NCBI GenBank assembly: GCA_044892525.1
Contig: CM097887.1
Location: 94,156,397 to 94,220,396, forward strand
Source: Schmidtea polychroa
Taxonomy: Eukaryota
Length of the DNA stretch: 64,000 nucleotides
Reading direction: 5' to 3'
Part shown: positions 47,509-59,856 of the stretch, piece after piece
How positions within the stretch are numbered: position 1 is the first letter of the stretch
How the letters are laid out: each line of letters begins with the position of its first letter
Program-made: the position numbers and the translations under genes
Notes under the pieces: model-generated
Told to the model about the DNA's origin: nothing
What the model saw: only the letters and a program-made list of their open reading frames with translations
Databases searched by the model: none

Positions 47509-48252
47509 ATGTATAAGTATAAGCCGCACTGTAGCGCACTATTAATTGTAAATATTGTAGAAATGAAAATAGAAGAAATATCCACCATGACCGAGCTAGA
47601 GGAGGGAGAAATTGAAGTTGATGAAGTGGAGAGGAAGAAAACTATCAAAGAAGAATTACAAGAAGAGAAACAGGAAAACGAAAGATTAGTAGAAAGGTGG
47701 AGAGATAATCGAAAAATGATTAAAGTATTGAAAAGAGAATACACCTTGCTAGAAGAAGTAAAGAAAGAAGTAGAGGAAGAAAACGAATGGCTTCACGATC
47801 AAAGAAAGCGAGGGAGAAATTGGGAAAAGATCGCGGAAGAATTATGGCAGGAGAGGGCCAGTCGAAAGGCCGACGAAGTGATTAGTGACTATTGGAAAAC
47901 CGAGGCACGGAAACACCAAGAAAGCCTGAAAGAGTTACAACTCCAACTACACCAAAAACAGAAAGAATGTGAGATAATGAGACGAATGAACAACAAATAC
48001 CAGGAAATAGACAACGAAGAAGACGGGGAAAGGGAAAATGATTTTCTACAGATAATGAACCATAAAAACCTCGAAAGAGCAACACAAGAAATAAAAGCAC
48101 TAAAAGAAAAAATAATAACCCTAGAGCAACAGTTAGACGAAAGAGACAAACAATTAAAAGTACTACCCGAATTGAGAAAACGAGTAATAAAAGCAGAAAC
48201 GAGAGTGATGAGAACATCCGAGAAAACCCGTAAAAAGAAAACCCGGCAATAA
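47509..48252 (+). CDS. Coiled-coil cargo protein (likely start ATG 47563)
   Basis: E/K/R-rich heptads. Confidence 0.7.
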   Translation: MYKYKPHCSALLIVNIVEMKIEEISTMTELEEGEIEVDEVERKKTIKEELQEEKQENERLVERWRDNRKMIKVLKREYTLLEEVKKEVEEENEWLHDQRKRGRNWEKIAEELWQERASRKADEVISDYWKTEARKHQESLKELQLQLHQKQKECEIMRRMNNKYQEIDNEEDGERENDFLQIMNHKNLERATQEIKALKEKIITLEQQLDERDKQLKVLPELRKRVIKAETRVMRTSEKTRKKKTRQ

Positions 48253-48307
48253 TTAAAGATGAATGATCAATGTAAATAATTGTAAATAAAAATTTTCGTA
48301 TAGTAGT

Positions 48308-48943
48308 ATGTGGTTCGGAGCAACCCTGGTGACAATAATGATGATAGCGATAAACGGAGTACCCATGTGGCAGCCAATCCCAACACTCTGGGAGAATCCC
48401 GAGAAACAGCAAAACCCGTTAACCAAACTGAAAAGCGAAAGAAAGCTCTCCAACAACATCCCGAAACAATGCTGGAACAAAGCCGTCTGGAAAAAACTTC
48501 AAATGCAACTCCACCTACAAACCCAAAAAATCGAACAGCTCGAAATTCTCTTACAAGAACAAACCACCCAACAATCCTTGAAGGAAATCATCGTGAAGAA
48601 GGAAGTAAAAGAAAGTCAAGTCCTACTCTCTGCTACCATCAGTGAAACCCTTATCATCTGCGCACTAGTCATCTGGAAAGCGTATGATATTCATCGAACA
48701 TGGAGAAGAAACCAGTCACTATCCGAGAAACACGAAAGAAAGAACCCACGACCGAAAAATAAACATAAACGAGCAGTACATTTTCAACAACCAAACCCAC
48801 CCGACCAAATGCAACAAAATCTATCTCCTGACCAAATGCCTGCTACAATCCAGCTCCCCACGATAACAACTTCAACCAGCCATCCGACCCAGAATTCAAC
48901 CAACCAAGACAGTAATAACATTCCGAACCTCGAGATCATGTGA
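48308..48943 (+). CDS. Small predicted membrane protein (N-terminal signal-like segment, coiled coil, TM, basic then Pro/Gln/Thr-rich tail)
   Basis: MWFGATLVTIMMIAING at the N-terminus; VLLSATISETLIICALVIW hydrophobic stretch. Confidence 0.6.
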   Translation: MWFGATLVTIMMIAINGVPMWQPIPTLWENPEKQQNPLTKLKSERKLSNNIPKQCWNKAVWKKLQMQLHLQTQKIEQLEILLQEQTTQQSLKEIIVKKEVKESQVLLSATISETLIICALVIWKAYDIHRTWRRNQSLSEKHERKNPRPKNKHKRAVHFQQPNPPDQMQQNLSPDQMPATIQLPTITTSTSHPTQNSTNQDSNNIPNLEIM

Positions 48944-49172
48944 CATCGACCATTCATAAACTTTGTGTGTATAAATCCGGTCACCTAAAGTGGCCACTGC
49001 TTGCTTATTTTTGTCCTTTTATCTGTTTAATTAAAGTATTATTTAGTTATTTTAATTTTATGTTTGTGTGGATTTTGATTGTGAGATTAGTTGTTATACT
49101 GAAAGAAGGTACGATTCGAATGTACGATATTATGTGAATTGCGGGACGCAATTTTAACGGGTCCCGGAGTGA

Positions 49173-50155
49173 TTTGTTGGGCCAAGCTCCGAAGGTGTTG
49201 GAAAAGCGAACCGAAGAAGGGATAGAGTAAAATAAAATAAAAACATATAAAAAATACGAGAAACATAGGAGGAAACAAATTAAATATCCAACAAAGAAAT
49301 TAGAAAAACTAAATAAAATAACAAAACCCCTAAAGGAAAAATAAGACAAGAGGGAAGGCACCTAATAAACGACAGTAAAAGAAAAAAAAAATAAAATAGC
49401 AGAAAATTTAAGAAAAATGAACAAAAGTAAAAGAAGAAAAACAAAATAAAAATAAAAAATCATCCATAAGGCTAATTAAAACAAAAAATGAAGTTACAAT
49501 AAAATAGCAACAAAACCACAAGAAAAACAGATAAAATAATAAAAAATAGGAAAATAAATAAAATAATAATAAAAATAGGAAAAAAGTCATTAAAATATAC
49601 CTGATTACATTAAAAAAACATAAAAATCATAATAAACAATAATATTACATGCAAGTCGCGTCCTGATTGGACGAAAAGTAATATATAAAGAGCGACAAAA
49701 ATCTGTAGAGTATCATTCTAACCCGAAACTCTACAGGTAAAATTTTATCCTTTATATAATCATTCTAACCCGAAACTCTACAGGAAAACTAGGAGCAACT
49801 CACAAGCACAGATTATTGAACCATATTCATTCATCGGATAATATATACATTTAACGGAGATCGAATTCAGTTCAGTCGAACGAGTCCATCTAAAGAAAAC
49901 TTATATTATTTTGATTTAACACCTTCGGAGATTTTTGGTAAATTATGTTTTAGATTTTAGCATGATGATTTAAATATTTATTATGAATTTAACAAGTCGC
50001 TTATACTTCAATAAATTTCATATTTTAAACGAAGGTGTTGCTTTCTCTCTATGATGCTGGCGACGACGTCCTCTGGAGTCCGGGTATGATGCAGTTGGAT
50101 TTTTCGAACGTCCTACGGAGAGGACATTTACGAATATGAACTCAGGAAATTGAAG
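49173..50155 (+). repeat. 3' LTR-like direct repeat (983 bp)
   Basis: Appears identical to 22841-23823 by eye. Preceded by gggacgcaattttaacggg (PPT-region-like). Abuts the truncated polB. Confidence 0.8.
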
Positions 50156-53002
50156 GTGAACTTGCCAATTGGAAGGTATTGAGTCATTACTCCTGCATAT
50201 AAAGCTGTTGCATCTATATACATTATTTCAGAAGGATTAGAAAGACCTTCCAGTATTTCCTCACGATCTTCTGGGTTTGTTATTTCTACATATAGAGCAT
50301 CAGTATCTTTGAAAAATTTAGGATAAAGAGTTGTAAAATTATTAGCATTTATTTCTCTATTCCCTTGTACTGAAGAAATACCTCCTCTAATATTATGTTT
50401 ATATACATTAAACATATCAAGGTCAACTAATAATTCAATGGTTTTATTTCTTTCTGCTATGTCTTCATCGGTCCATATGCTATATAATAATATATCCCAA
50501 GCTAGAGAGGGAGCGGTTATATAATTATAAGGTTTTAATTCAAAAGCTTTTGAAAATGTCTCGAAGCAATCAGCTAAGATATAAACATCTAAGGAAAGAT
50601 ACATGTCAGTATATTCTCCAAGGTTTCTACAGTTGAAAAGATTCCACATTTTAAGTGCACGGGAATATTCCTGATCAGAAATCCCTGATTGTGTTAAAAC
50701 AGAAAAGAAATCTTCTTGAGCTGGGAGTAATTCATTATATTTTTCAAAGGAGTCTATATAATCATATGGATAGATTCCTTTTGCTAGACAGGTATTATAT
50801 TCCTCTAATGGAATATTGTTTTTTAATAACACATGTTCTTTTGTATATTTAAAATCCTCAGGGTTCATAGTTTTTGCAATGCCATCCAAAGACATCCCTA
50901 AGAAATTTAAGGAGTCCAAAAACTTAAAGCATCCATATTGAATGCTTTTATATTTTTCTTTTGTAAGTCCAATAACCTTGAAAGAGTTTTTAGCATTTGC
51001 AGCTAGATGTTTAATGAACAGGTGAATATCATAGCCAAAAAGATTGTGAAATATAAATGGTATGTGTGTTGGTTTTTTACAATTGAGATTACAATTTTTA
51101 TGGGCCGCTCCTCTGTAATTATTTTCTATTTTAAAATGATCATGGTCTGCAACCTTTGGCTCCTCATCCTCCTCCTCCTGAATATCAAACTCTTGTTTAC
51201 ACATCCAGCAGTGTGTTGCATTTTTATATTCTTCCTCTTGTTCTTCTGAAAAATTCATAGGAAAGTTGGATTTTAATATTATATATAATTCATGTTCTAG
51301 ATTATTTAAAGTTTTAACAAAATGATCTAGAGTCTCTTTGTCAGAAGTTCCTCTAAATGAATATTCTCTAGATTCTACAAGTTCTGGATAATTACTTTTA
51401 AAAAACATTTTATAAGCAGAGGGTAATTGTTTTGTTAGTTTTACAGTAATAGTTTTTGTTCGTCTTAGTTTTACATTTATAGCTTCAAAATCACAATAAA
51501 CCACTCCCAATGCTTCTAATAGATTGGAATAGTTTTTAAACCTCATATTAGCATTTTTCTTGTGTGGCATTTTTATTAAAGCAGGTTGATTCTTACAACA
51601 GAGTCTCTCATGTTTAATAGCAGCAAGTTTTGAACTTGAATGATATAAACATCTTTTACAACATATGCCTCCACGAATGAGTGTGTTTCCTTTCATAAAA
51701 CTTTGAAAATTCTTTATTAAGATATAATGAAGTTTTTTATCTAACATAGTGCCTCCAGACGCAGTGCTTTCTGCTTCTGGTTCTAATGAAATGCCTTCTT
51801 CTGCTTCTCTCCTCGGGTGAACGCTTTGAACCTCTTCACCATATTCTTCTCCATCAAAGTCTTCATCTGGTTTACCTTCTTCTAATATTAAAAGATCTAC
51901 TTCTCTCTTTTCATCTGAGATTTCCATGTTAGAAATGTAAATAGGAATAATGTGTTTATAATTTTTATTTTTTCTAGTTTTTGTAATTTTGGTTGGAATG
52001 AATTGATAAATATTAATTTTAAGATTATTTAATTTTTCAAATGCTGGAACATCTTCAATTTTCATTGGGTGGGAAAAATCTTTTGGATAAATTAATTCAG
52101 ATTCATATTCTTCATATTTTTGAACTCTCTGTGGGTTAGTTGCTTGAGGATGTAAGTGTGCAAGTATTGACCATTGAAAACATTTATTATCTTTATTCTG
52201 TACATTTATAACATGGTTGGAGGTGAATGGTGTGTGAATAAAAGATTTAGGATTTGGTGGTGCGCCTCTCCAGTATTCAATCTCTATATTTTGAAAAGAG
52301 TGGAATCTTAAATTAGATTCTCCTAGTTCTTGTTCCACCTGTTCTTGTTTTTCTTCCAATTCTTTAGCTATATCATTAACAAGTTTATTTCCTGCTTTTG
52401 TAGAAAATAAATATTTATATGAGGTTTCAATTTTTACATCTAGAGGCATTGCGATTGAATCATCTCCTCTCCAGTATTTTGCATTTCCTGTAAATTTAAC
52501 TTTTATAACATTAAATCTTGATCTACCAAATTTTTTTATAGCATCATCCATTGATGATATTTTTTTTTTTTTATTTTCTCTTATATATTGCATGATTGAT
52601 CTGGGTCCTCGTTTTACTTCTACAATTACATCGGTGTGATTGAAGTTGTCCCAATTAAACTCTAGTTTTTCAGCTTTTGCAGTCATTGAGTTTGAATCAG
52701 AATCTTTTGCTTCAAGACCACAATCTTCTATGTGTCTTAAGTAAAAAGATTTTATCTTCATCTTTTTTCCACATGCTGAACATTCGAATATTTCTGTTTT
52801 TAGGAACTCCAATACAATTTTTAAAATGCTTCTTATAACCTGAAAATAAATATCTATCCTTACATTTAGAACAGATTTTGGAATTAGTGTCATCTAGTGT
52901 GTTAGCTTTTATTAAATGGTCTTTTGATTTTTTATGAGATGTTAAAGCAGTTTTATTTTTAAAATTTTTTTCACAAATTTCACAATTGAAAATAGCTTCC
53001 AT
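50156..53002 (-). pseudogene. polB: Polinton/Maverick-type protein-primed family B DNA polymerase with N-terminal C2H2-like zinc fingers; 3'-truncated just after polymerase motif A by the LTR-like repeat
   Basis: ORF 50128-52893 has INVQNKDNKCFQWSILAHLHP, VYCDFE (ExoI), the CWMC..DHDH..YRGAAH..CN endonuclease-VII-like insert, FHNLFGYD (ExoII), KGIYPYDY, LDVYILADCFE (ExoIII), IRGGIS and YIDATALY (motif A). Motifs B and C are absent. The upstream ZnF ORF 52712-53002 joins it by removing one A at 52797-52801. Confidence 0.92.
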
Positions 53003-53146
53003 TTTTAAAAGAATTTTTTGGTTGGATACGATGTTTTGGTTTTGATATTAATTTTTATTTTTTTTAAATCTAAAAGTGATCAGGCGACCTAGATCATTAT
53101 GAATTAGGTAATCTGATATTCTTATAACATTAAATCCTTAAGACCA

Positions 53147-53392
53147 AGTAGTGAGGAATCTATGCACCCCGTTACCTTTTCTCGGAATTACTAATCTATA
53201 AATACATCTATTCCGAACTTTTTTACTTTTAAGGGAAGAAATTAAGGGTTAATGGCAATAGGGGACAAAGTTTAAAAGTTAAAAAAAGTGAAGAATATGG
53301 GGTAAAAAAGCATATAAATGTGGAAAATATGGGTCAATAACGCTGTTTTTTTTTAGGGTGGGGGTGCTGGGGTGCATAGATTCCTCACTACT
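53147..53392. mobile_element. Duplicate of the 246-bp AGTAGT..ACTACT mini-TIR element
   Basis: Same TIRs as 2613-2858. Confidence 0.7.
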
Positions 53393-54269
53393 GACGAGAA
53401 TTTATTGGAAGACGAATCGTGAAGAGTAATTGGAAAAATAATTGTGAAGAATAATTGTTGGAGAAAATTTGCAGAAAAGAATTAGTTGAGAAATAAACGA
53501 AGAGTTATTGAAAATTTGAATAAAGTTGTCGAAGGTTAAAGAAAACAACCAACTCAAAGTTACAGGCGATAAACCAATCAATAGTTAGTGATCTTTCAAT
53601 CCCGTGTTGTACACGAGTGATATTCCTCACTGAGTGTTGCAATAATCATTGTATAGTCATCGAGCAGAGTGTTTAAATTTATTGTTAGTATAAAGTGAAA
53701 ATTATTTGTGATTATCAATAAAGATTTCTGTTGTCAAGTGTTATTTGTAGGTCAGACAAAGACACACTTGGAATTAGAATAAGAATTTTAAATTTACAAA
53801 TATTATCACCAACCCAATAACCCAACAAAGACATAAAAACATAGTCAATTGACCGCAAAGGTTGAAGAAAGAAATTTAAGGAAGTGAGTTGACGAAAGAG
53901 CGAAAACTAGAAAAGCGACATTTGAAATGGTATTTTCTTTAGAGGATAAAACAGATTCGTTTAGAGTGGTGCAGTTTTCCCTAGGTTCACCTAGCCCTAG
54001 TGTCAAATAAAAGCCTTTCCTTGTTAATGAAAATCACAATATTTGTGATTTTGTAGGAAAAATAAAACTTTTTGTGTTTAGTTTGTTATTCTTTGTTATT
54101 CTGTCCTGCCGAAATTATAGTAACTAATATTAACTCAATAATACCTTTCCCTGAAAAGATATTTTTAATTAATTTTTGCAATTAAATTTGTTCTTTGAAT
54201 TTTAGTTAATTTTGTCAAATTTTAATTATCTTTTTCCACTCCGTGACAATATTCCTAACGACTCATAAG

Positions 54270-57200
54270 CAGGGGCGGCTCAAGAAATTTTGTCCAAGCC
54301 TAGCGCACTAGACGAACTTTTATGAAGCGCCTACATTAAAGAATGCCAACTGAAACATTATGTTTTAATAATTTAAATTTCTTAATTCAACGAGTAGATA
54401 TTTCATGATAATTTTTTTATTTAGTGTGTTGGGCTAGAACTGATTTCTGAACCCAAAGTTAGGAATGGGACGAAATGTGTCAGTACACAACACGCATACC
54501 CAGCATTAAGTTTACTTAAATAAAAATATATAAAACACCAAGTAAACAATGATAATAGAGAGATAATATACCCAAAAATAAAACATCTGAATTAAAAATA
54601 ATATAAAACACGAGCAAGAAGTATTACACGAAAACTTACTCAAATATAACCGAAAGACATAAAACAACAAAAAACAAATTCGAATAAAGGCGATTAGTAA
54701 AAATTAAAAAAGAAAATTAAAGAAAATCTTCATAAAATCTTACGCAAAGGAAATTATATCGATATTTTGAATAAAAATTCAGAACAATTCATAAAAATGG
54801 CGAAATCCATCATGACCGCCAAACAACCCAATAAAATTTATAAAAAATTAATATTTTAGTTTAAAAAAGAAATATTTTAGAAAAGAAATCATAAAAAACA
54901 ATTTAAAAATAAGAAATAAATTAAATTTAGCATGGAATGTTCTGGAAATGCTGAAATCCATCATGGAGGCAAATTTAATAAAAAATAATTCAAAAACAAA
55001 ATTCCAAAAATAAAAACAAAAATTCTTACTGAAAAATCGCCATCAAAATCGATAAAAATTAAAAATCGAATGTTTGAGAATTAAAATAATCCGAATTTGT
55101 TTTACTGCATCAATGCACGCATGTATACTTACACGTCAAATAGAGGCTATATAAACTAACACATTTCGTCACTTTTCAAGGAAAAAAATGCAAATGAATA
55201 TTTTTACTCTTATGCCAAATTTTTGGTTTTGATTTTTCTGAGATTGTAGGTAAGGACGATTTCATTGTGAATTATAAATTATTATTATAGAAACCTTGTT
55301 TTCATTATTTCTTTTTAACTATAGAAATGTAGGTTTGAGTGAGATCGTCGGTTATCATTGATTTTGAAGTGAGATCCCAGCCGACCCTGCACCTATGCAC
55401 TTTATCATCGATGAGTAAACAGCCCACAATAATTGCAGGCCACTGCCTGGCACGCACTTATCAATATTATTGGTTTTTTTTTGTTCATGTCATTCGGAGG
55501 TCGCACCACTTCATGGTTCTGCCATGGAGTTGAGTCGATGAAATCCTCCGTCTGACTCTACCTATTTATTATAGGTCAGCCGTAAAGGGTTGACTTACCA
55601 CATAACAGTAAGGTTTGTCGTAGTGGTCACAGTGGGGCCACGAAAGCAAACACTCTTCCCGACTTTCAATACATGAATAACTTACATAGTTAAAATCTAC
55701 ATCCAAAATCATCACAATACAATACACTAAGGTTGATAAACAGAGTAGATCTCAGACCTAAATTAATCACAAATCTACAATTCACAATTAATGTAGACGG
55801 TTAAATATCATCAAAAACCAACTCTACCTATACGTTTGTCGAATCGAGATTTATGAATGTCTTAAATAAATTTTCTAGTAATAGTGTAAAGTAAAGATTT
55901 TTTAAAAATGATTGATTTAGTAGTGATAGTATTCATAAAGATGTTCGACATGCGTATCAGCAAGACTTGGATTTTAAATTAAATAGACTCTAAACTAACT
56001 ATAAAAATACAAATCGTAAACCCATAAAAGTATAAATTATCCTCTCAATTTCATAAAAATGTGAATTATACTTATAGATTTAATTTCTTCAAAATATAAA
56101 TTATGATTAGTTATAAAGGTATAAATTATATATTTAATTTCTTGAAATTATAAATTACAAATTTGTATTGACGATAAAAATTATAAATTATAACTCTAAG
56201 TTAATTATAAAAGTATAAATTATAATCTTAACTTCATAAAAATATAAATTATAATCTTAACTTCATAAAAATATAAATTATAAAATTATATTAGCTTTGG
56301 AAATATAAACTATAAATTGAACTTCACCAAATATAAATTATAAACTTAAAAGTATAAATTATAAAATTATATGGGCTCTAAAATATAAACTATAAATTTA
56401 ACTTCATAAAAATATAAATTATAAAATTATATTAGCTTATGAAATATAAACTATAAATTTAACTTCATAAAAATATAAATTATAAAATTATATTAGCTTT
56501 AAAATATAAACTATAAATTTAACTTAACTTCATAAAATATAAATTATAAACTCAAAAGTATAAATTATAAAATTACATTAGCTTTAAAAACATAAACTAT
56601 AAATTTAATTTCATAAAAATATAAATTATAAACTTATATTAGCTGAAAGACTATAAATTATAATCTTAATTTGGTCATAAAAGTATAAAATATAAACTAC
56701 GTTAGCGATAAAAATATAATCTATAATAAGTTGTAAATATTTCATAAGTACCCCCCTCAAACTATACATTTGTCGAGGACAATATATATAGTAATAAATT
56801 AACTTATATATGTACAGTTATCAAACTTAATAATTCCTCAGGTCACCTAACCATTAATTATTGTCTAAATACATTAATACATTACCTTTACGATATAAAT
56901 TTGGAAAATTTTGATAAATGACCCCCCTTAATTCATATAACCATCAACCACTACCTGATACACTCAGTTAGACTATTTAATATATATACTTAACTTGGAT
57001 TACCTTTAAAATCATAGTTGAAAATTTTTCATCAAAGACCCCCCAATAAACCATATCGTCATCAACTACTACCTAAATATACATTTAACTTATATAATAT
57101 TTAAAAATATAAATTGTAAATTTTTATGAATGACCCCCCTCAAAATTATACAGTCTTTATCCATTACCTAAGTATACTAAATTAGCTTATCTCAATATAC

Positions 57201-57563
57201 ATTTAACTGATATTATATTTAAAAATATAAATTGTAAATTTTTATGAATGACCCCCCCCCTCAAAATCATACAGTCATTACCCATTACCTAAGCATACTA
57301 AATTAACTTATCTTAATATATATTTAACTTATATTATATTTTAAAATATAAATTGAAAATTTTCATAAATGACCCCCCTTCAAATCATGTAGCCATTAAC
57401 TATTCCTTAGGTATACTGAATTGTATCATCTTCGTATAGAGTTAAATTATATTTCAAACCAAAAAAATAATTCCATAAATTTTCGTAAATGATCCCCCCC
57501 ATATGTAGTAATCCTATAAAAATATAAATTTACATTCATTATTATTATTATTACCGTTATTAA

Positions 57564-57640
<77 letters not shown>

Positions 57641-59856
57641 TTAGTGTTGTTACCAGTAACATTATCACTCTTACTGTTATTATTACTATTATCATTATTA
57701 TTATTACTATAATATTATCAAAATAATTATCTTTATTTCATGGAAATAAAATTATAAAACAAATTATTGATTTTGGGATTCCCCTATCTCTAAATTTAGT
57801 TTCAATGGCCCTATCTTCCAATGAAATTACGGAAAATCACTAAAATCTATTTTTAGTAACACCCCCCTCCTGAAAACGACATCAATATTATTAATTTAAA
57901 TTATATCCATATATGTATATATGTGTGGGTGTATATGTATATGTATATATATGTGGATGTGTGTACGTGCATACAGATTTATAAAACAACCTTATAAAAA
58001 TACGATAACTTTCCCCCTCAAGACCCCATGTTATATAATGGACACAACCCCTTTAAGGTAATAGAATGGAGGTAAAATAATTTACTAAAGCCATTTATTA
58101 AAATAATTTATCAATTTATTAAAATTATTAGATTTATTTTCAACTCAAATCAAAGAGACTAAATTTATTAATTTCAATCACAAAATTTCTTTACATCATT
58201 TTTTCTTTGAATCATGTTTGTGCCAAAGTCCTTCGAGCTCAGTCGATGGACCATCCCGATGAAATACATTTCCTGGAGTTGGAAGACTTCTGGGTAATTC
58301 CTTATTTTCTGTTTCGTTTTTTTTTGGTTCCTGCATATTGCTTTGGTGTAGTAGTGTTGGATGGCCAACTATATTCCTTGCATCTCCTTTTGAGTAGTCA
58401 TTGTCAGATAATTCCGCCAGGAGGATTGGTTGGTGGAACTGACCTGGGGGCAATCAGACCTTCGTATCTCATTGAATTATTATAAACTCGATTGCTAAGG
58501 AAATTAATGAAGTTAATTAATTAAATTAAGGAAGTTAATTACAATTTTCTCATTAGTGTTGTCAACCGATCTTTGCTCATTCGAGATGCCATGGAGTGCT
58601 GTTGATCAGTGGTAGTTGTTTCGAAGGTTCGGCCAAGTGCTGGTATTACTGAAATATTATTGAGGAGTTTACGATATAAATATTTGATATTTTAATTTAT
58701 TTGCATTATTATATCAAAATTAACTAAAATTATATATTTATTCGAAATTTATTATTTAACATTAATTATAATTACTATAATAAAACAACGAAAATTTAAA
58801 TAATGTTAAATGACTTTAACAAAACAAAAAGTAATAATGAAATCAAAATTCCATTACTTTATTTAAATTATTAGTTACCAACTTTTTCTAGTATTTTAAC
58901 ATAATGAATTCAAGTATATTAGGAAGTTAATTTGGTCATTTGAGGAATATTATAGATTAAAAATTTAAGTAAATTAGAATTATTTACTCTTCATAAGAAC
59001 TTTTATGATTTTAATGAGTTTAAACTTCATATATTAATATTACCCATGATTTACAAGTGATATTTGGATTACATTGAAATAGGTCTTAAGTTAACTTAAT
59101 TAAATTGAAATTTTCTTTTTGATCAAGTTATCATGGGGAACGCATGTTATCTTTATTATTTCTATTATTTCAGTTTATTAAGTTGTTTTTTTTTGATTAT
59201 TTTCTAATTAAATTCATTATTCTCAAAAATTTCTTAAGGTATGTTTAATAAACTATGGTTATGTTTCACTTAATTTATATTCAAACATCTTAGATGTGGT
59301 ATTGTATGAACAAGTTTTAATAGACTAATGTATGATTCCGGATGACTTGTGATCGTTTGAGGATAGAAAGTTTGTATAGGCATAGGTGAGAAAGTAATTA
59401 TAATAAGGGACCTGCGTAAATCGGACATATATCTTCTAACGATAGTCCGTGAACCCATTAGAGTGCTCGACAATTACAGTGCAAGTAATGCGCTCACTTT
59501 TTGCGAGCACTCACCCTCTTGATACAGTACCAACGTTGATTACTCAACGGGTATCAAGTGGTAAAGAATGTTGTATCTTGGGTTACGCTGGTAACAGCAC
59601 TAAAGAGCAAAATATTTGATCATCAGTAACCCACCAAGTGAAATAAAAAATTTGTCCATTTCAAAATATAATAATATATGTAGTTTCAAAATACATAAAT
59701 AATAGTACAAAATAACAAAGGACTGACAATTGTGAAAGAGAAAAATTAAAGATATCATAATAAATAATTTTTTTATATATTCGAGAATTAATTTAGAAAA
59801 ATATTTTTGCGCCCTAGGCGGCCGCCTAATCCGACTATATGGTAGAGCAGTCCCTG
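54270..59856. mobile_element. Duplicate of the hAT-like non-autonomous element
   Basis: Same TIRs and TSD as 3736-9447. Confidence 0.72.
57536..57640 (+). repeat. (ATT)n microsatellite; corresponds to N-run 7119-7248 in copy 1
   Basis: Unmasked here and flanked by the same sequence as the N-run, suggesting the N-runs are masked simple repeats rather than gaps. Confidence 0.9.

Larger units (their letters stand above)
22841..50155 (+). mobile_element. Giant (~27.3 kb) Ty3/Gypsy LTR retroelement with env-like gene and multiple cargo ORFs
   Basis: 983-bp direct repeats at both ends; gag; PR-RT-RH-IN order; glycoprotein; all major ORFs on the + strand with strongly A-rich composition. Confidence 0.9.

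Noticed and set aside
30736-48866. Many short antisense and overlapping alternative-frame ORFs in the retroelement
   Set aside because: Shadow ORFs of the long A-rich sense ORFs; hydrophobic F/L/S-rich composition with no motifs.
22837-50157. AGGT as a 4-bp TSD of the LTR element
   Set aside because: It partly overlaps the repeat, and rejoining the flanks gives GKFT-stop rather than restoring polB; likely chance.
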